Shown: piece after piece, positions 61,314 through 64,000 of the stretch | How the letters are laid out: every line of letters begins with the position of its first letter | Numbering within the stretch: position 1 is the first letter of the stretch | Assembly (NCBI GenBank): GCA_963642995.1 | Contig: CAVIIZ010000003.1 | Location: 58,492-122,491, forward strand | DNA from: a bacterium | GTDB lineage: Bacteria > Actinomycetota > Coriobacteriia > Coriobacteriales > QAMH01 | DNA: 64,000 nt | Direction: 5' to 3' | Notes under the pieces: model-generated | The model's input: the letters and a program-made list of their open reading frames with translations, nothing else | The model's database searches: none | Told to the model about the DNA's origin: nothing | Program-made: the position numbers and the translations under genes

Positions 61314-62528
61314 TCAGGCGCGGCGGCCGGCCAGCTCGGAGGCGATGGCCGCGATGAACTCCTCGGTGCCGAGCTTTCTCGGGGCCGGCAGCGCCGTGAT
61401 GGCCGCGAGGTCGCCTGTCATCCGCCCGCTTTCCACCGTGGCGATCGTGGCCGCCTCCAGCCGGGTTGCGAAATCCGAAAGCGCGGGCGTCGCGTCCAGC
61501 TCGCCGCGTTTTCTCAGGGCGCCCGTCCACGCGAAGATGGTGGCGATGGGGTTCGTGGAGGTGGGCTGGCCTTTCAGGTGCTTGTAGTAGTGGCGCTGCA
61601 CCGTGCCGTGCGCGGCCTCGTACTCCCACCAGCCGTGCGGGCTGACCAGCACGCTCGTCATCATGGCCAGGCTGCCGAAGGCCGTCGAGACCATGTCGCT
61701 CATCACGTCGCCGTCGTAGTTCTTGCAAGCCCAGATGAAACCGCCCTCGCTGCGCATGACGCGCGCGACCGCGTCGTCTATGAGGGTGTAGAAGTACTCG
61801 ATGTGCGCCTCGGCGAACTTCTCGGCGTACTCGGCGGCGAAGACCTCGGCGAACACGTCCTTGAAGCGGTGGTCGTAGGTCTTGGAGATGGTGTCCTTGG
61901 CCGCAAACCACAGGTCCTGGCCTGTCTCGAGCGCATACGAAAAGCAGCTGCGCGCGAAGCCCTCTATGGAGCTGTCCAGGTTGTGCATGCCCTCGGCCAC
62001 GCCCGGCTCCGAGAACTCGTGCACGCACAGGCGCTGCCCCTCGCCGCCTCCTTCGGGGGTGAAGACCAGCTCGACTTTGCCCGGGCCCGGCACGCGCATC
62101 TCGACGTCGCGGTAGAGGTCGCCGTAGGCATGGCGTGCGATGGTGATGGGCTTTTTCCAGGTGCGCACGTACGGCTCGATGCCGTTCACGACGATGGGGG
62201 CGCGAAAGACCGTGCCGTCGAGCATGGCGCGTATGGTGCCGTTGGGGCTTTTCCACATCTCGTGCAGGTCGTATTCTTCCATGCGCGCGGCATTGGGGGT
62301 GATGGTCGCGCATTTCACCGCCACGCCGTAGCGCTTGGTGGCCTCGGCCGCCTCGATCGTGACGGCGTCGCGCGTCTCGTCGCGATGCGTCAGCCCCAGG
62401 TCGTAGTAGTCGGTCTTCAAGTCGACGTAGGGCGCGAGCAGCTCGTCTTTTATCATCTGCCAGATGATGCGCGTCATTTCGTCGCCGTCCATCTCGACGA
62501 GCGGGGTCTTCATCTCTATCTTTGCCAT
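61314..62528 (-). CDS. icd: NADP-dependent isocitrate dehydrogenase (homodimeric, eukaryote-like subfamily, 404 aa)
   Basis: VEMDGDEMTRIIW, KCATITP, NGTIRA, ACKNYDGDV(M)SD. Confidence 0.95.
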   Translation of the reverse strand: MAKIEMKTPLVEMDGDEMTRIIWQMIKDELLAPYVDLKTDYYDLGLTHRDETRDAVTIEAAEATKRYGVAVKCATITPNAARMEEYDLHEMWKSPNGTIRAMLDGTVFRAPIVVNGIEPYVRTWKKPITIARHAYGDLYRDVEMRVPGPGKVELVFTPEGGGEGQRLCVHEFSEPGVAEGMHNLDSSIEGFARSCFSYALETGQDLWFAAKDTISKTYDHRFKDVFAEVFAAEYAEKFAEAHIEYFYTLIDDAVARVMRSEGGFIWACKNYDGDVMSDMVSTAFGSLAMMTSVLVSPHGWWEYEAAHGTVQRHYYKHLKGQPTSTNPIATIFAWTGALRKRGELDATPALSDFATRLEAATIATVESGRMTGDLAAITALPAPRKLGTEEFIAAIASELAGRRA

Positions 62529-62657
62529 GGGGCGCTCCTTCTTCGCTGAGGGGTTGCGTCTGCGCTTTTTGCGGGCTTCCCATTGTAGCCCTAGCCGCGG
62601 GGGCGTTTACCCTATCATGGGAGGCATCGTTTCTTTTTCCCGTCTTGAAGGGGTTTC

Positions 62658-63431
62658 GTGGCACCGGCGCTTCTCATATCGCTTCTCGCAGGCGCGACCA
62701 TCGTGCTCGGCGGCCTTGTCGTGCGCCTCTCGCGCGGGGCGCGGCGCATCGAGCACTTCTCCATCGCGCTCGCCGCAGGCTCCATGCTCGCGCTGCTCGC
62801 CTTCGACTTGGGCCCGGAGCTTTTCGAGGGTCTTGCCGAAGGGGCCTGCGTGCAGGTCGCCGTGGGTCTTGTCGCGGGGTTTGCCGGCCTCGTGGCCCTC
62901 GACAGGGCCATCCCCGACCACGAAGGGGTCGCAGCCGGCCGCGCGCACGACGGCGCCGCCGGCCATGCGCACGACGGGAACACGCACGACGGCAACGCGG
63001 CGCACATAGGCATCATCTCGGCTGTCGCCATCGCCTTGCACAACGTCGTCGAGGGCATGGCCGTCTACAGCGTCGCGCTCTCCTCGCCGGCCGACGGCGC
63101 CCTCTACGCATTCGCCATCGCCTTGCACAACGTTCCCGTCGGGATGCTGCTCTTTTCCACGCTGGAGAAAAGCCGCCCCTCCACACGCCGGGCCGCCGTC
63201 GCCGCCGTCACCTTCTCCACTTTCGCGGGCGGCCTTCTCATGGCGGCGCTTGCGCAGGCGGTGCCCGAGGCGGTCATGGTCTTTTTCGTCGCGGCCGCCG
63301 CGGGCATGATCTGCTACATACTCGTCATGGAGCTGGCCGGCCGCCTCGCGCGCAGCCGCCCGGTCTGGGTGTCTGCCGCAGGATGCGCCGCCGGCTTCCT
63401 CATCGTGCTCGTGGCGTCGTTTCTCGGATAG
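62658..63431 (+). CDS. ZIP-family divalent metal (zinc) transporter
   Basis: Multiple TMs. Paired HNVVEGMAVY / ALHNVPVGM motifs. His-rich loop HDGAAGHAHDGNTHDGN. GTG start. Confidence 0.85.
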   Translation: MAPALLISLLAGATIVLGGLVVRLSRGARRIEHFSIALAAGSMLALLAFDLGPELFEGLAEGACVQVAVGLVAGFAGLVALDRAIPDHEGVAAGRAHDGAAGHAHDGNTHDGNAAHIGIISAVAIALHNVVEGMAVYSVALSSPADGALYAFAIALHNVPVGMLLFSTLEKSRPSTRRAAVAAVTFSTFAGGLLMAALAQAVPEAVMVFFVAAAAGMICYILVMELAGRLARSRPVWVSAAGCAAGFLIVLVASFLG

Positions 63432-63446
63432 GAGGAAGAGGGGTCT

Positions 63447-63827
63447 ATGGTGAAGGTGACGGACGAGGAGTTCGACGCGATGGTCTCGGATGCCATCGAC
63501 TCGATTCCCGGGGAGTTTCTCGACGAGCTCGACAACGTGGTCTTCCTCGTGGAAGACGAGCCGAGCGCCCAACAGGTCGCAGACGACATCGCCGACGGCG
63601 GCACGGGCGAGATGCTGGGCCTGTACTCCGGGGTGAACATCTACGAGCGCGGCGACTGCTACGACGGGGACCTGCCCGACAGCATCACCATCTTCAAAGG
63701 CCCGCACGAGCGCATGTGCGAAAGCGCCGCCGAGCTGGCCGAGGAGGTGCGCCGCAGCGTCGTGCACGAGGTGGGGCATTACTTCGGCATGGACGAGGCC
63801 CAAGTCGACGAGATGGGCTATGCCTGA
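63447..63827 (+). CDS. Small metallopeptidase-family protein (DUF1025-like, HExxH)
   Basis: 126 aa, VHEVGHYFG zinc motif near the C-terminus, acidic N-terminal half. Confidence 0.8.
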   Translation: MVKVTDEEFDAMVSDAIDSIPGEFLDELDNVVFLVEDEPSAQQVADDIADGGTGEMLGLYSGVNIYERGDCYDGDLPDSITIFKGPHERMCESAAELAEEVRRSVVHEVGHYFGMDEAQVDEMGYA

Positions 63828-64000
63828 TATCATGATGAGTGCATGTAAAAGATAATTCAAGGGCGGGACGGTGCAGATGATGTTCGCGAAGATGTTGCTC
63901 GGGGGGTCCTTCACAGCCTGACCCCCGAGGCCGCATGAGGCGGCGCGCTCGCGCGGGGCGCGTGCACGGGGAAGACTCCGCGCCTTGCCCGGATCCCCGA

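Noticed and set aside
62529-62657. Zur box upstream of the ZIP transporter, or shared regulation with icd.
   Set aside because: No AT-rich palindrome resembling the 17513-17535 element or any 7-1-7 Fur-family box is visible in this gap.
63828-64000. AT-rich patch after the metallopeptidase gene with a 14-codon ORF (MMFAKMLLGGSFTA) and a GGGGGTC...GACCCCC hairpin (63902-63926).
   Set aside because: It is too close to the window edge to interpret. It is probably the promoter or leader of the next gene, and there is no support for a leader peptide or riboswitch from sequence alone.

Overview
High-GC (about two-thirds G+C by hand count of sample lines) actinobacterial chromosome segment. The gene content (indolepyruvate and 2-oxoacid:ferredoxin oxidoreductases, LarB, PaaK, no respiratory genes) suggests an anaerobic Coriobacteriia/Eggerthellaceae-like organism; this is inference. 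Most of the window is core genome: relA (5' truncated), tRNA-Val/Asn, a cell-envelope remodelling stretch from 3 to 19 kb (GH25 muramidase with four ricin-type lectin domains, polysaccharide deacetylase, VanW/G5 protein, D,D-carboxypeptidase, an FHA protein and two coiled-coil NlpC/P60 hydrolases), paaK+ACT, an acyl-CoA ligase with iorAB, gluQ, pgk-tpiA-gpmI-secG, apt, tig-clpP-clpX-valS, a larB plus 2-oxoacid:ferredoxin oxidoreductase operon, dnaE, a DUF3516-type helicase, alaA-like aminotransferase, helD, icd and a ZIP transporter. The one clearly accessory region is 32.5-38.6 kb. It holds a Type III restriction-modification operon whose mod and res genes are separated by an AbrB-fold antitoxin / YoeB-like toxin pair, and the toxin stop codon lies inside the res start (ATGGCTAG). 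The catalytic core of mod is a low-GC mosaic patch. A second low-GC patch carries a decayed small acidic ORF next to tRNA-Leu(TAG). This four-gene mod-antitoxin-toxin-res arrangement is my best candidate for an undescribed composite defence module. Other points worth a second look: a 23-bp Zur/Fur-like palindrome in front of the second NlpC/P60 gene, a trigger factor lacking the PPIase domain, an orphan larB translationally coupled to an OFOR with fused gamma-delta subunits, and a recurrent extended -10 motif (TGCTAnnnT) in intergenic regions. Many very long ORFs in the six-frame track are GC-driven antisense or off-frame artefacts and were rejected. All gene start sites are inferred from RBS and frame context only.
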